From: Candidatus Velthaea sp.
Lineage (GTDB): Bacteria > Vulcanimicrobiota > Vulcanimicrobiia > Vulcanimicrobiales > Vulcanimicrobiaceae
NCBI GenBank assembly: GCA_050012475.1
Contig: JBEKHC010000003.1
Coordinates: 32,001-96,000 of the forward strand
Length of the DNA: 64,000 nt
Direction of reading: 5' to 3'
Positions 52,481 to 62,282 of the stretch are shown in pieces (the stretch's first letter is position 1; each line of letters begins with the position of its first letter). The notes beneath the pieces were generated by a model. That model was not told the origin of the DNA and ran no database searches. It saw nothing but the letters and a program-made list of their open reading frames with translations. Both the position numbers and the translations under genes were made by a program.

Positions 52481-54013
52481 CTACGCGGCAGCGGCCTCCA
52501 CGAGTTCGTTGAGTTCGCCGATGTCGAGCATCTGATCGACTTCGAGCATCAAGATCATGCGCTTTTGCTCCGCCAGGTTGACGACGCGCCGGATCAGGCG
52601 GCGTTGTTCCTCGGAGAGTTCGGGCGCGCGTCCGATGAGATTCGCCGGCACCCGCATCACTTGCGAGACGCTGTCGACGATAAATCCGGTACGCAACCCC
52701 TTGACGGCGAACACCACGATGCGCTGGCGATCGTTGCGCTCGACGGACGGCAGCCCAAAGCGACGCCGCTGGTCGAGGACGGGCAGCACCGCGCCGCGCA
52801 GGTTGACGACGCCCTCGATGAAGTCCGGCGTCTTGGGAACGCGGATCAGCTCATCGGGAACGCGCACGATCTCTTGCACGGACTCGATCGGGACCGCGTA
52901 TTCTTCTTCCATCACCCGGAAGACCACGAGCTGTTCTTCGTCGTCCGTTGCCGCACTCGCGTGTTCGGACGCCTCCGCCCTCAGCTGCTCGGTTTCATCC
53001 TCGGCGCCGGCGACGATTTGGCGGAACTCGTCGACGTCGAAGAGCCGCTGGGCCGAAAGCACCGACACCAGGCGGCTGCCGCCGGCTAACCGGCAGATCG
53101 ACGTGATGTCGCTCGCGTCGCCCGACCGCGTGAGCATTTCGGGCATCGCGTCGATGACCGAACGGCTGACGCGCAAGACTTCGCGCACGCTGTCCATGAC
53201 GATCCCGACCGAAACACCGTGGCCCAGCGTCACGACGACGATCTTGTTCGATTCGTTGAGCTCGACGTCGGGCAGATTGAACATCCGGCGCAGGCTCACC
53301 AGCGGCAGCAGCCGGTTGCGCAGGGTCATCACGCCCAAAACGTGCGCGCCGCAATTGGGGACGGTCGTCACGCTGGGCGGGATCTGCACGATTTCCGCAA
53401 CCGATTCGATCGGCAGCGCGTATTCCTGGCCGGCGACGGCGAAGCTTACCAGTTGGATTTCGGCGGCGGCTTCAGCGCCCTCGCGTTCGCCGCCCGCCGC
53501 TGCCGGTGCTGCGGCCGTGGTGTCGCTCGATTTGGCGACTTCCGTGACCGCCGCGAACTCGCGCCGGATCAGCATCCCGGCATCGAGAATCATCACCATC
53601 GACTCACCGTCGCGGTTCTTGATCACGCCGGTCAGCAAGTCGGTGGCAATGGTCGAGCGGATCGAATCGGCGGATTCGATGCGGTCGGGCTCCGCGGTGA
53701 CGACGTTCGCCATCCGGTCGACGACGACGCCGACCGGGCGTCCATCGGCATTGAGGACGACGACCCGCGTGGCATCGTCGTGCTCGACATCCGCCGCGCC
53801 CAGCATGCGGCGCAGACTCAGGATCGGCAGCACCGTTCCGCGCAGATTCCCCAGCCCCTCGAGCGACGCCGCACCGAGCGGCACGCGCACGATATCGGGG
53901 TAGCGGATGATTTCGTGGACCAGGGTGAGCGGCACGGCGAACATCTCGCCGGCGACGCCGAAACTCACGAATTGGCGAGCGGTCGACTCGAGCGACAGAT
54001 CTTGATCGGTCAT
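52481..54013 (-). CDS. cheW: Triple-domain CheW
   Basis: Three CheW repeats (QFVSF..GLGNLRG, QLVSF..GVMTLRN, QLVVF..GVVNLRG). Confidence 0.92.
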   Translation of the reverse strand: MTDQDLSLESTARQFVSFGVAGEMFAVPLTLVHEIIRYPDIVRVPLGAASLEGLGNLRGTVLPILSLRRMLGAADVEHDDATRVVVLNADGRPVGVVVDRMANVVTAEPDRIESADSIRSTIATDLLTGVIKNRDGESMVMILDAGMLIRREFAAVTEVAKSSDTTAAAPAAAGGEREGAEAAAEIQLVSFAVAGQEYALPIESVAEIVQIPPSVTTVPNCGAHVLGVMTLRNRLLPLVSLRRMFNLPDVELNESNKIVVVTLGHGVSVGIVMDSVREVLRVSRSVIDAMPEMLTRSGDASDITSICRLAGGSRLVSVLSAQRLFDVDEFRQIVAGAEDETEQLRAEASEHASAATDDEEQLVVFRVMEEEYAVPIESVQEIVRVPDELIRVPKTPDFIEGVVNLRGAVLPVLDQRRRFGLPSVERNDRQRIVVFAVKGLRTGFIVDSVSQVMRVPANLIGRAPELSEEQRRLIRRVVNLAEQKRMILMLEVDQMLDIGELNELVEAAAA

Positions 54014-54014
54014 C

Positions 54015-55937
54015 TTAGGCCGCGCCTTGCAGCTCTTCGGCCAGCGAAGCGATCTCCTCGATCGCGGAAGCGAGGTCTTCGGCGCTCTTGGACTGCTGCG
54101 TGGCGGCCGTCGCGGCTTCACCCGACGCGCGCGCGGCTTGCGTCGTCGCGGCCGCGATCTGTTCGACTGCCGCCTGCGCTTGTTTGATCGCGTCTTGAAT
54201 GATCTGCATCCCGGCGACCGTATCTTTGTTGTTCTGGAGCACGATCGCCATGTCGGAAACCGTGGTCCCCAGTTTGACCGTGATGAGCTTATTTTGTTCG
54301 GCTTGCTGCAAACCGGATTCGCCGATTTCGCGCAGGTCGAGCCGCACGATGCCGATCTGATCTTGGATCGCCTTTACGGTGTCTTTGATCCGCTCGGCGT
54401 TTTCGGCGCTGTCGCGCGCGAGGTTGCGGATGTCGGTGGAGACCACCGCGAACCCTTTGCCGAATTCTCCGGCTCGTGCCGCTTCGACCGAACCGTTCAC
54501 TGCGAGCATGTTCGTTTGGATCGACACGGTCGTAATCGAGTCGACGATCTTGTCGATGCGCCGGCTGATCTGGTCGAGCGCGACGATCTGCTCGCCCGAC
54601 TGTTTGCTCGACTCGACCGAGGCCAGCACACCGTCGACCAACGACTGAACGCCGGTTTGCGCCTCGTTGAGCAGGCTGCTCAACTCGGTGACCTTCTCCA
54701 TCGTCGCGCCGGCCCGCTCGAGATTGAACTGCGTGTTCTTCTCGATCTGGCCGATCGCCGCGGCGGACTGCTGCGCCGCAGCGCCCTGCGTTTGGGCGCC
54801 TTTGGAAATCTGTTCGATGGCCGTCATGATCTCGGCGGCAGCACGGTTGATTTCTTCGACGGCGGATGAAAGCTCTTCGGCCGCCGACGAGACATCTTCC
54901 ATGCTCTTGGAGATGTTGCTGCTGTTCTTGAGTTCGTCGGCTAACGTCGAGAGCTCTTCGGCCGCGGTTTCGCTCTGGGAAAGCGCCGTCATCTGCTGCT
55001 GAACGGTCCGCACGGCCTCTTCGCAAGCGCCGCTCTGTTCCTCAGCGGCCGCGGCGATGGCCTCGGAGCCCTTCTGCGCTTCGCGCGAAGCTAGGTCCGC
55101 TTCGCCGCACGATTTCGCGATCTCGCGGCCGCCATCCGTGACGAGCTTCATGTCGGCGACAACGCTGTCGCACTGCGCGCTGACGGTCTTGGCCCGTTCG
55201 ACTTCCGCAGCCGAACTCGCCGCTGACTTCGCGATGCCCTCGGCGATGAGCTTGACCTCGCTTTGGATCTGACCGATCATCTCTTGGATATCGCGCGCGC
55301 TTTTTTCGGAGGTTTCGGCAAGCGTGCGCACCTCGTCGGCAACGACGGCAAAGCCTTTGCCGTGCTGGCCCGCGCGCGCGGCTTCGATCGCCGCGTTGAG
55401 CGCCAGCAAGTTTGTCTGGTCCGCGATGCGAGCGACGGCCTTGACGACTTCGCTGATCGCTGCGGCTTGCTTCTCCAGCTCCTCGACCTGCAGCCCCGAC
55501 GCTTTTTGCCGCACGGCGGATTGGCCGATCTTTCCGATCGATTCCGCGATTTGGGCCCGCACGCTTACGATGAGTTCTTGCAGCACGTCGGTCTTCTGGA
55601 CCGATGCCTCAGCGGCGTCCTTGGCGCGCGAGATTTGCCCACCGATCGCAACGACCGCTTGCATCGACTCGTGCGACGCCGTCGCGGATTCCTGTGCGCC
55701 GGCCGCAATCTGATCCATCGAGCGCCGGAGTTCTTCGGAAGCAGCGCTGCCCTCGGCGATCCCGCTCGCGAGCTGCGATGTCGCGGCGGCAATACGTTCC
55801 GCCGCCTTTTGTTGCCGGGCGACGTTGCGCGCCCGCCGCTTTTCGATCTCCGCCGAGGCGTTGCGGGAATTTTGCGGTTCGGGCTGCGTCGGTTTGCTGA
55901 CCGAATTTCCGATGCGAGAGCTTTTCACCAGCGCCAT
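54015..55937 (-). CDS. Cytoplasmic chemoreceptor with two signalling domains (DosM-like)
   Basis: No TM segment; two hairpin tips [17 protein letters not shown] and [17 protein letters not shown]. Confidence 0.9.
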   Translation of the reverse strand: MALVKSSRIGNSVSKPTQPEPQNSRNASAEIEKRRARNVARQQKAAERIAAATSQLASGIAEGSAASEELRRSMDQIAAGAQESATASHESMQAVVAIGGQISRAKDAAEASVQKTDVLQELIVSVRAQIAESIGKIGQSAVRQKASGLQVEELEKQAAAISEVVKAVARIADQTNLLALNAAIEAARAGQHGKGFAVVADEVRTLAETSEKSARDIQEMIGQIQSEVKLIAEGIAKSAASSAAEVERAKTVSAQCDSVVADMKLVTDGGREIAKSCGEADLASREAQKGSEAIAAAAEEQSGACEEAVRTVQQQMTALSQSETAAEELSTLADELKNSSNISKSMEDVSSAAEELSSAVEEINRAAAEIMTAIEQISKGAQTQGAAAQQSAAAIGQIEKNTQFNLERAGATMEKVTELSSLLNEAQTGVQSLVDGVLASVESSKQSGEQIVALDQISRRIDKIVDSITTVSIQTNMLAVNGSVEAARAGEFGKGFAVVSTDIRNLARDSAENAERIKDTVKAIQDQIGIVRLDLREIGESGLQQAEQNKLITVKLGTTVSDMAIVLQNNKDTVAGMQIIQDAIKQAQAAVEQIAAATTQAARASGEAATAATQQSKSAEDLASAIEEIASLAEELQGAA

Positions 55938-56141
55938 AGTCGTTGAACCCTTCCAATGTTCGCGCGCCGGCGCGACTGTAAATCGGCTCACAGCCCAAGA
56001 CGTCGGCGAGTACGATGAGTAAAAGTTAAAAAATAAGGTCGCTGTGCGGCTTAGGCATGCGTTCGCACAGCGGAGCTAATGCCGTATCTATCGGCACCCG
56101 GAACAGCAATTTCTCCAACTCCGCGTGTGGTGAGCGAAGGC

Positions 56142-56378
56142 TTAATACAGATCAGCGTCCTCTCCGAGCGACCCTGCCGACGCCTCGTCCTTGTGCTCGA
56201 AAGCACCGGTCCCGTGCAGCACTAGCGCGGTTGCGATTTCGATTGGCCGGCGACACAAGATGCACGCTTGGTGCTCGGCACGTGAAGCGGTGCGAGCGAC
56301 GCGCCGGGACATCGGCGCCGCGATGACCGGCCGCCCGATGATCAGCTTTGCGGTCCGCGCGCCCTTGCCGGTGACCAT
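56142..56378 (-). CDS. Possible small protein with CxxC...H...H motif
   Basis: CILC followed by LHGTGAFEH; no clear RBS. Confidence 0.3.
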   Translation of the reverse strand: MVTGKGARTAKLIIGRPVIAAPMSRRVARTASRAEHQACILCRRPIEIATALVLHGTGAFEHKDEASAGSLGEDADLY

Positions 56379-56663
56379 GCTGCTCAATGCGCGATAGCGC
56401 TATCTCCTACGAGCTATCTTTTTTAACAGCGTCATTCGATGCCGGCGGCGCCATTCAAATTTCAACGATCGTCGTCAATACGTCCGAATAATCTATCACT
56501 TAAGGGAGTTACTTCGCGCCTTAAGCAAGGCGGCGCAAAAGTAGCTCGTGACCCTTGGCGGCCGGCGGCATCGGTGTTCGATGGATGTTTGCTGATTGAA
56601 GGCGTTCATGTAAAGTTTTCGTCGCTGCACTCAAGTTTGCGCAGCCCGGCCGACGGGAGCAGA

Positions 56664-56692
56664 TTGACTTGCGGCGCCGCGGCCTTTACGAT
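56664..56692 (+). promoter_or_regulatory. Near-consensus sigma70/SigA promoter upstream of tRNA-Thr
   Basis: TTGACT-N17-TACGAT. Confidence 0.6.
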
Positions 56693-56980
56693 CACACTCT
56701 CCTCAAGCCTTTACGGAGTTGGACACGACGTGATCGACCTTCCAACACGAAGCGCTGCGTACCGATTCTTGTTCACTACCGCCGGCGGAGAAATTCGCGC
56801 AGTTTGCCGTTACGGCGAGGCTCGCCGAGAATAAGTCCCGACCCGACCGAGTTCGTTCGAGAGCGTCACCTTGTTCGTGACGCTCTTTTTCTTTGGCGAT
56901 CGAGGAAGCGGACGCCCCAGCCGGCGCCGGCGAAGAAGCGAATGGCGCCGGCTTCGGCGAAAACCCGCGGAGCAAGGTCG

Positions 56981-57053
56981 GCCGGCATAGCTCAGTCGGT
57001 AGAGCAACGGTTTTGTAAACCGTAGGTCCTCGGTTCGAGTCCGAGTGCCGGCT
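56981..57053 (+). tRNA. tRNA-Thr(TGT), CCA not encoded
   Basis: GCCGGCA/TGCCGGC acceptor stem, anticodon arm ACGGT-TTTGTAA-ACCGT, GGTTCGAGTCC. Confidence 0.95.
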
Positions 57054-57100
57054 TGCGCGTCCGAGTGCCGGCTTGCGCGCCCGAGTGCCGGCTTGTGCGC
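57041..57100 (+). repeat. Three tandem 20-bp repeats CCGAGTGCCGGCTTGYGCGY containing the tRNA-Thr 3' end
   Basis: Units start at 57041, 57061 and 57081. Confidence 0.92.
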
Positions 57101-57345
57101 TGCAACGGGGCAAGCCTCAAAGCTATGACCGCTGCGGGGTCCGTCCGAGTCGTCACGTCGAGTTGGCTGGACGCCTGCATTCGCGGCGGTGTGGCGGTCG
57201 TGGGCTGGCCGGCCTGCACCAGGCATCGGCAGAGCCGTGCCGCATCGTCATAGGTCTGCTGAAGGCCGCGAGGACCTCCACGACAGGATCGTCGCGCAGC
57301 TCACTCCGCGTGACGCCTGCACCGGACGCGGCGAACCAACGACAA

Positions 57346-57380
57346 ACCGAAGGCCCGCGAATCCGCCGCGGGCCTTCGGT
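57346..57380. terminator. Hairpin downstream of sigH, between the convergent sigH and tRNA-Thr
   Basis: ACCGAAGGCCCGCG-7 nt-CGCGGGCCTTCGGT perfect 14-bp stem. Confidence 0.75.
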
Positions 57381-57400
57381 AATCATCGCGCGGCCGAAGC

Positions 57401-58048
57401 CTACGGGAGTTCGATCTCCGAGAGATTCTTCTCGATCTTCCGCTTGACGCGCTGCAATGCGTTATCGATGGATTTCACGTGACGGTTGAGGTCGCGCGCC
57501 ATCTCTTGATAGCTCTTGCCTTCGAGATATGAAAGGAGCACTTGCGATTCGAGATCCGACAGATTCTCTTGGATGCGCTCCTTGATGTCTTCGGATACCT
57601 CTTGGTTGATCACCAACTCTTCGGGATCCGACGTCTTCTGCGACGGCATCACGTCGAGGAGCGTTCGTTCGCTGTCCTCATCGTAGATCGGCTTGTTGAG
57701 CGAGATGTACTGATTGAGCGGAATGTGCTTTTGGCGCGTCGCCGTCTTGATCGCGGTGATGATTTGCCGCGTGATGCACAGCTCGGCGAAGGCGCGAAAA
57801 CTCGACAGTTTATCCGCCTTGAAGTCACGAACGGCCTTGTACAGCCCGATCATCCCTTCTTGGATGATGTCCTCGCGGTCCGCACCGATAAGAAAATAGC
57901 TCTTGGCTTTGATGCGCACAAAATTCTTGTACTTGTTAAGCAAGAACTCCATCGCAAGATTGTCGCCGGATTTCGCTGCGGAAACGAGATCCTCGTCCGG
58001 GCGCTCGTGGTAGTCGAGCACATCGGCGGAGGGTTGGGAAAGCCCCAT
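57401..58048 (-). CDS. sigH: RNA polymerase sigma factor SigH
   Basis: YFLIGADREDIIQEGMIGLYKA, FAELCITRQIITAIKTATRQKHIPLN, KSIDNALQRVKRK. Confidence 0.96.
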   Translation of the reverse strand: MGLSQPSADVLDYHERPDEDLVSAAKSGDNLAMEFLLNKYKNFVRIKAKSYFLIGADREDIIQEGMIGLYKAVRDFKADKLSSFRAFAELCITRQIITAIKTATRQKHIPLNQYISLNKPIYDEDSERTLLDVMPSQKTSDPEELVINQEVSEDIKERIQENLSDLESQVLLSYLEGKSYQEMARDLNRHVKSIDNALQRVKRKIEKNLSEIELP

Positions 58049-58331
58049 GCAGTTCTGCCTCATTTTTCGGGATCCGATGTGCGCGAAGACGCGGGCCGGA
58101 GCCCGTCGGGCCGCGCACATCCGAATAAGTATAGGAGACTCCTGCAAGACCGTCAAGGACAGCAAGGGAACATCTGGGCCAAACGTCCATTCCGTTGCGC
58201 TCAGGCGGCCGGTCGACTGGTTCCGCGACCGGACGCCAAGCGGCCAAGTGTGACCCGAATCGCGCTTCTCGGACCCGGCTACCGCTCGTCCGCCAAGCGG
58301 CGGCGAGGGTGCCGGATGTCACCCAAGCACG

Positions 58332-58358
58332 AAAAAGCACCCGTGCGGCCAGGTGCTT
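58332..58358 (-). terminator. Intrinsic terminator after the small Cys-repeat gene
   Basis: AAGCACC-loop-GGTGCTT followed by TTT on the minus strand. Confidence 0.6.
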
Positions 58359-58548
58359 ACATCTTTTTCATCGACGAGCACTTCACGAATTTGCCCTTGG
58401 CATCCCGACAGTGCTTGGCCGAGGACTTCATCGGCGGACATTTCGTGAACTTGCCGCTGGCGTCGCGACACTGCTTGGCGGAGGCGATCCCGCCACTGAA
58501 GCCGCTGATGAAGACGCAGGCGATCGCGGCGGCGATAAGACGCATCAT
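58357..58548 (-). CDS. Small secreted protein with two CRDAxGKFxKC repeats
   Basis: AGGAG RBS, signal peptide, KQCRDASGKFTKC and KHCRDAKGKFVKC. Confidence 0.8.
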   Translation of the reverse strand: MMRLIAAAIACVFISGFSGGIASAKQCRDASGKFTKCPPMKSSAKHCRDAKGKFVKCSSMKKM

Positions 58549-58627
58549 GAATAGCTCCTATTTCAGAAGAACGAGTTTGGTTGCGCCCGCTTTTTTGAGC
58601 AAGGGCGGTCAGACCTGCGAGCCGAGA

Positions 58628-59164
58628 TCAAGCGCGCAGCACCGAACGCTCGCTTCCTTTTTCGTTCCCTTTCACCACCGGCAACCGTTTTATGAGCTTC
58701 AGCCGCGTGCCGAGCTCGCTGTACTTCACGTCGTCCATGACTTCGCGCATGATGAACGTGCCAAAGCCGCGCAGCGCTTCGGTGGGCGGCCCGGCATGGG
58801 CGCAGACCGTTCCATGATCGAAGCCGCCGCCGTTGTCTTTGATCTCGACGGTCAGTGCCTCGGTATTGCGGGAAACCGTCACCTCGAAGACGCCTTCCTC
58901 GCGATGTCCGTGCTCGACCGCATTGGCCAACCCCTCACCAACGGCAACCTCGATATCGTCGAGGGACTGACCGCGAAATCCGCACGCCCGCGCGAAGGCC
59001 ACGACATCGCGCCGTGCCCTCCCCACCGCTTTACTCGACTGCGGGTACGACTTGCGATACGACCGATTCAGGCGTCCTGACGTCGTCAACGCTGCTTCCT
59101 CGCTTTCGTCAAACCGGCGGAGCCGTGCGTTGAGCAAGCCGGACCGTACTGTTAAGCTATCCAA
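58628..59164 (-). CDS. RsbW/SpoIIAB-like anti-sigma factor Ser/Thr kinase (HATPase_c); start uncertain
   Basis: AVGEGLANAVEHG, IKDNGGGF, RGFGTFIM, GTRLKL. Confidence 0.85.
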   Translation of the reverse strand: MDSLTVRSGLLNARLRRFDESEEAALTTSGRLNRSYRKSYPQSSKAVGRARRDVVAFARACGFRGQSLDDIEVAVGEGLANAVEHGHREEGVFEVTVSRNTEALTVEIKDNGGGFDHGTVCAHAGPPTEALRGFGTFIMREVMDDVKYSELGTRLKLIKRLPVVKGNEKGSERSVLRA

Positions 59165-59268
59165 ATTCGCAGGAGCTAATCACCGACGACGCGTTCGTGC
59201 CCATAAGTTAGCACGACACCTGCGTTTCTCTCTCCGCTCGAGGTCGCAGCGATCCCCTGCCGTTGCGC

Positions 59269-60084
59269 TTACGGGGTGCCGCTCTGCCCCGGTACACCAT
59301 CCGGACACCGTTGACGCAGTGCCTCGTACAGCAAGACGCCGGCGGCAACCGACGCGTTGAGCGAAGCAATCCTGCCCGCCATGGGAATCGACACGAGATA
59401 ATCGCATTCGCGCTGCACCAGCGCGGAGAGACCTGCTCCCTCGGAACCGATGACGAGCGCCAGATCGCGCGCGAAATCCGCCTGCGTATACGGCACGGCT
59501 GCGGGGACGAGCGCCGCGCCGGCGATCCACACCCCGGCCTTCTTCATCACCCGGATCGACTGGGCGACGTTGGCGACGCGCGCGATTGGAAGGTACGCCG
59601 TCGCGCCGGCCGCCGCTTTGCGAACCGTGGCGTTCACGCCGGCCGCGCGCCGTTCGGGCAAGATCAGCGCGGTCGCACCCGCGCTTTCGGCGCTGCGGAT
59701 GATCGCCCCGACATTGTACGGATCGGTGACGTGATCGAGGATGACCCACAAACCGGGTTTGCCCTGCGGACGCAGCGCGAGCGCTTCATCGAGCGTAACG
59801 TAGTCGAACGGGGGACCGAAGGCCACCACGCTCTGATGCGCTTTGTAAGGAAAGGCCGCAAAGAAGCTGCGATGCTCGAACCGCACGGCGACGCCCAGTT
59901 CGCGCGCGCGTTCGAGCAGGCCGCGTAACGCCGGATCGCGTTTGCGGTCGTCGCCGATATGAATCCGCCGCAGCTGCTCGCCCGCCGTCAATGCTTCGTT
60001 AACCGCGTGGACGCCGTAGACCACGTCGTCGAGGTCCAACCGCGGACCGCGACGTTCGGGGCGCGGCGTTACTCGACCGACCAC
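59269..60084 (-). CDS. rlmB: 23S rRNA (Gm2251) 2'-O-methyltransferase
   Basis: YGVHAV, LDHVTDPYNVGAIIRSA, IGSEGAG, SLNASVAAG; follows cysS. Confidence 0.92.
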   Translation of the reverse strand: MVGRVTPRPERRGPRLDLDDVVYGVHAVNEALTAGEQLRRIHIGDDRKRDPALRGLLERARELGVAVRFEHRSFFAAFPYKAHQSVVAFGPPFDYVTLDEALALRPQGKPGLWVILDHVTDPYNVGAIIRSAESAGATALILPERRAAGVNATVRKAAAGATAYLPIARVANVAQSIRVMKKAGVWIAGAALVPAAVPYTQADFARDLALVIGSEGAGLSALVQRECDYLVSIPMAGRIASLNASVAAGVLLYEALRQRCPDGVPGQSGTP

Positions 60085-61499
60085 GTCGTCGTGCCGTCGC
60101 CCTTGTCGGTCAGCACGATGCGCTGCGCGGCGAGCGCCTTGCGCAGCCGGTCGGCGAGCGCGAAGTCGCGGCTTTTGCGCGCGGCATGACGCGCTTCGAT
60201 CACGGTATGGATCGCGGCTTCCGGCGAGTGTCCGTTGAGATGCATCGCGTCGCCCAGCGCCGCCGCGAGACGCGCGACGAACCCTTCATCGAAAATGTCG
60301 AACTGCGCTTGCGGCCGGGCCGTGAATGCGCCCGCGATCCCGAACAGCTCTTGAGCGGTGTCGAAGAAGGCGATCGCTTCGGGGCCGCGCACTCGCGGGT
60401 CCCGGGCGGCATCGAACAGCACGCCCAACGCGCCTGCGGTATTCACGTCATCGTCGAGCGCAGCGAAGAAACGCCGCTCGAATTCCGCCAACACGCCGGG
60501 GTCGCCGATGCCCTCGCCGAGTTTCCCGTACGCTTTGCGCAGGCTGTCGAGCGCTGCGGTCGCGCCGGTGATCGCGTCTTCGGTGAAATTCATCGGCTTG
60601 CGATAACCGGTCTGCAAAAACAACAGCCGAATCGCCTGCGGGTCGTGCCGTTCGAGCAACGCCGAAAGCGGCTCGAAATTGCCCAGCGACTTCGACATCT
60701 TCTTGCCGTCGAACATCAGCAGGCCGCCGTGCATCCACACGTTCGCCATCGGCGGCGCCGGCATCAGCGATTCGCTCTGGGCAATCTCGTTTTCGTGGTG
60801 CGGAAACACTAGATCGAATCCGCCGCCGTGAATATCGAACGGCTCGCCCAAGAGCGCGCGCGACATCGCGCTGCACTCGATGTGCCAGCCCGGCCGGCCG
60901 GCGCCCCACGGAGATTCCCACGACGGTTCACCCGGTTTGGCGAATTTCCAGAGCGCGAAATCGAGCGCATCGTGTTTTTGTTCGTCGACCGCGATCCGCG
61001 CGCCGGCCAAGAGTTCATCGATATTGTGATGCGAGAGCGCACCGTAGCGCGGAAACTTCTTGACCGCAAAATAGACGCCGTCACCGGTGACGTAGGCGAA
61101 GCCGCCGGCGACGAGTTCGCCGATCATGCTCACGATCGGTTCGATGTACCCGGTTGCGCGCGGCTCGACATCGGGCTCGCGCACGTTCAAGCGCCGCATC
61201 GAGGCGGTGAACGAATCGAAGTGGCGGCCGATGATCGCCGACCACGACTCGCCGGTTTCGCGCGCCCGGGCGATGCTGCGGTCGTCGATATCGGTCACGT
61301 TGCGCACGAAGGTCACGCGGTAGCCGCGGAACTCCAGATACCGCCGCAACACGTCGAAGAACAGAAACGACCGCGCGTGGCCCAGATGCGCTTCCGCGGA
61401 CGGCGTCAGGCCGCACACGTACATCCGGACGTGATCGTCGCGCAGCGGCGCGAACGGTTCGACCGTCCGCGTTCGGGTGTTATAGAGCCTGAGAGACAT
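60069..61499 (-). CDS. cysS: Cysteine--tRNA ligase
   Basis: MYVCG, HLGH, DFALWK, GRPGWHIECS, FPHHENE, KMSKS. Confidence 0.97.
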   Translation of the reverse strand: MSLRLYNTRTRTVEPFAPLRDDHVRMYVCGLTPSAEAHLGHARSFLFFDVLRRYLEFRGYRVTFVRNVTDIDDRSIARARETGESWSAIIGRHFDSFTASMRRLNVREPDVEPRATGYIEPIVSMIGELVAGGFAYVTGDGVYFAVKKFPRYGALSHHNIDELLAGARIAVDEQKHDALDFALWKFAKPGEPSWESPWGAGRPGWHIECSAMSRALLGEPFDIHGGGFDLVFPHHENEIAQSESLMPAPPMANVWMHGGLLMFDGKKMSKSLGNFEPLSALLERHDPQAIRLLFLQTGYRKPMNFTEDAITGATAALDSLRKAYGKLGEGIGDPGVLAEFERRFFAALDDDVNTAGALGVLFDAARDPRVRGPEAIAFFDTAQELFGIAGAFTARPQAQFDIFDEGFVARLAAALGDAMHLNGHSPEAAIHTVIEARHAARKSRDFALADRLRKALAAQRIVLTDKGDGTTTWSVE

Positions 61500-62157
61500 C
61501 GGCGGCTTTCTCGCGTTGGGCAAGGCGCTCTTCGAGCGCTTCGATCCGGTCGGCCAACGCCGCCAGCAGCGGTGCGTTGGGATCGGGCAAATCGACGTGC
61601 GGGCGCGGATTCGGTGGCGCCAGCGGCTTTCCGTCCTGCAGAACCACCCGGCCGGGGATGCCGACAACGGTCGAATTTGGCGGCACGTCCTTGACGACGA
61701 CGGAGTTGGCCCCGATCTTGGTATTGTCGCCGATCGTGATATCGCCCAAGATGGCGGCACCCGAGCCCACCGTCACGTTATTGCCCAGCGTCGGATGTCG
61801 CTTGGTGTGCTGGAGCGAGGTTCCGCCTAGCGTGACACCTTGATAAAGCGTGACGTTATCGCCGATGACCGCCGTGCCGCCGATGACGACGCCCGTACCG
61901 TGGTCGATGAAAAAGCTGCGGCCGATCGTGGCCCCCGGATGGATGTCGATCCCAGTGACGCGATGCACGACCTCGGCGAGCAGCCGCGGGAGGAGCGGGA
62001 CTTTGGCCTGCCACAGCGCGTGGATGAACCGATGGACCGTGATCGCGTGAAAACCCGGATACGACAGCAGCACGTCCAGCCAGCCGTCGGCCGCGGGGTC
62101 GCGTTCGACGGGGGCGCGCAGATCGGCGAGAAACGTCTCTAAACCTGAATTCGGCAC
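61480..62157 (-). CDS. cysE: Serine O-acetyltransferase
   Basis: RDPAA, YPG, TGIDIHPGA, IDHGTGVVIG, KRHPTLG. Confidence 0.95.
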   Translation of the reverse strand: MPNSGLETFLADLRAPVERDPAADGWLDVLLSYPGFHAITVHRFIHALWQAKVPLLPRLLAEVVHRVTGIDIHPGATIGRSFFIDHGTGVVIGGTAVIGDNVTLYQGVTLGGTSLQHTKRHPTLGNNVTVGSGAAILGDITIGDNTKIGANSVVVKDVPPNSTVVGIPGRVVLQDGKPLAPPNPRPHVDLPDPNAPLLAALADRIEALEERLAQREKAADVSQAL

Positions 62158-62282
62158 GGTCGGTCCGTAGGAACGCCCGGAACGCGGGCACGGTTGCGGG
62201 GGCGCTCGATCACGATAGACAAGACGCCCGTACGTTCGACCGCTGTGCGAGCCCACCCCGCGAGCCCCGGCAGGAAAAGACG

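Noticed and set aside
56730..56834. 34-aa sORF between the sigma70 promoter and tRNA-Thr
   Set aside because: RBS spacing is poor and there is no motif; cannot be supported from sequence alone
57041..57100. Tandem repeats as a mini CRISPR array
   Set aside because: Units abut with no unique spacers, they derive from the tRNA end, and no cas genes are present
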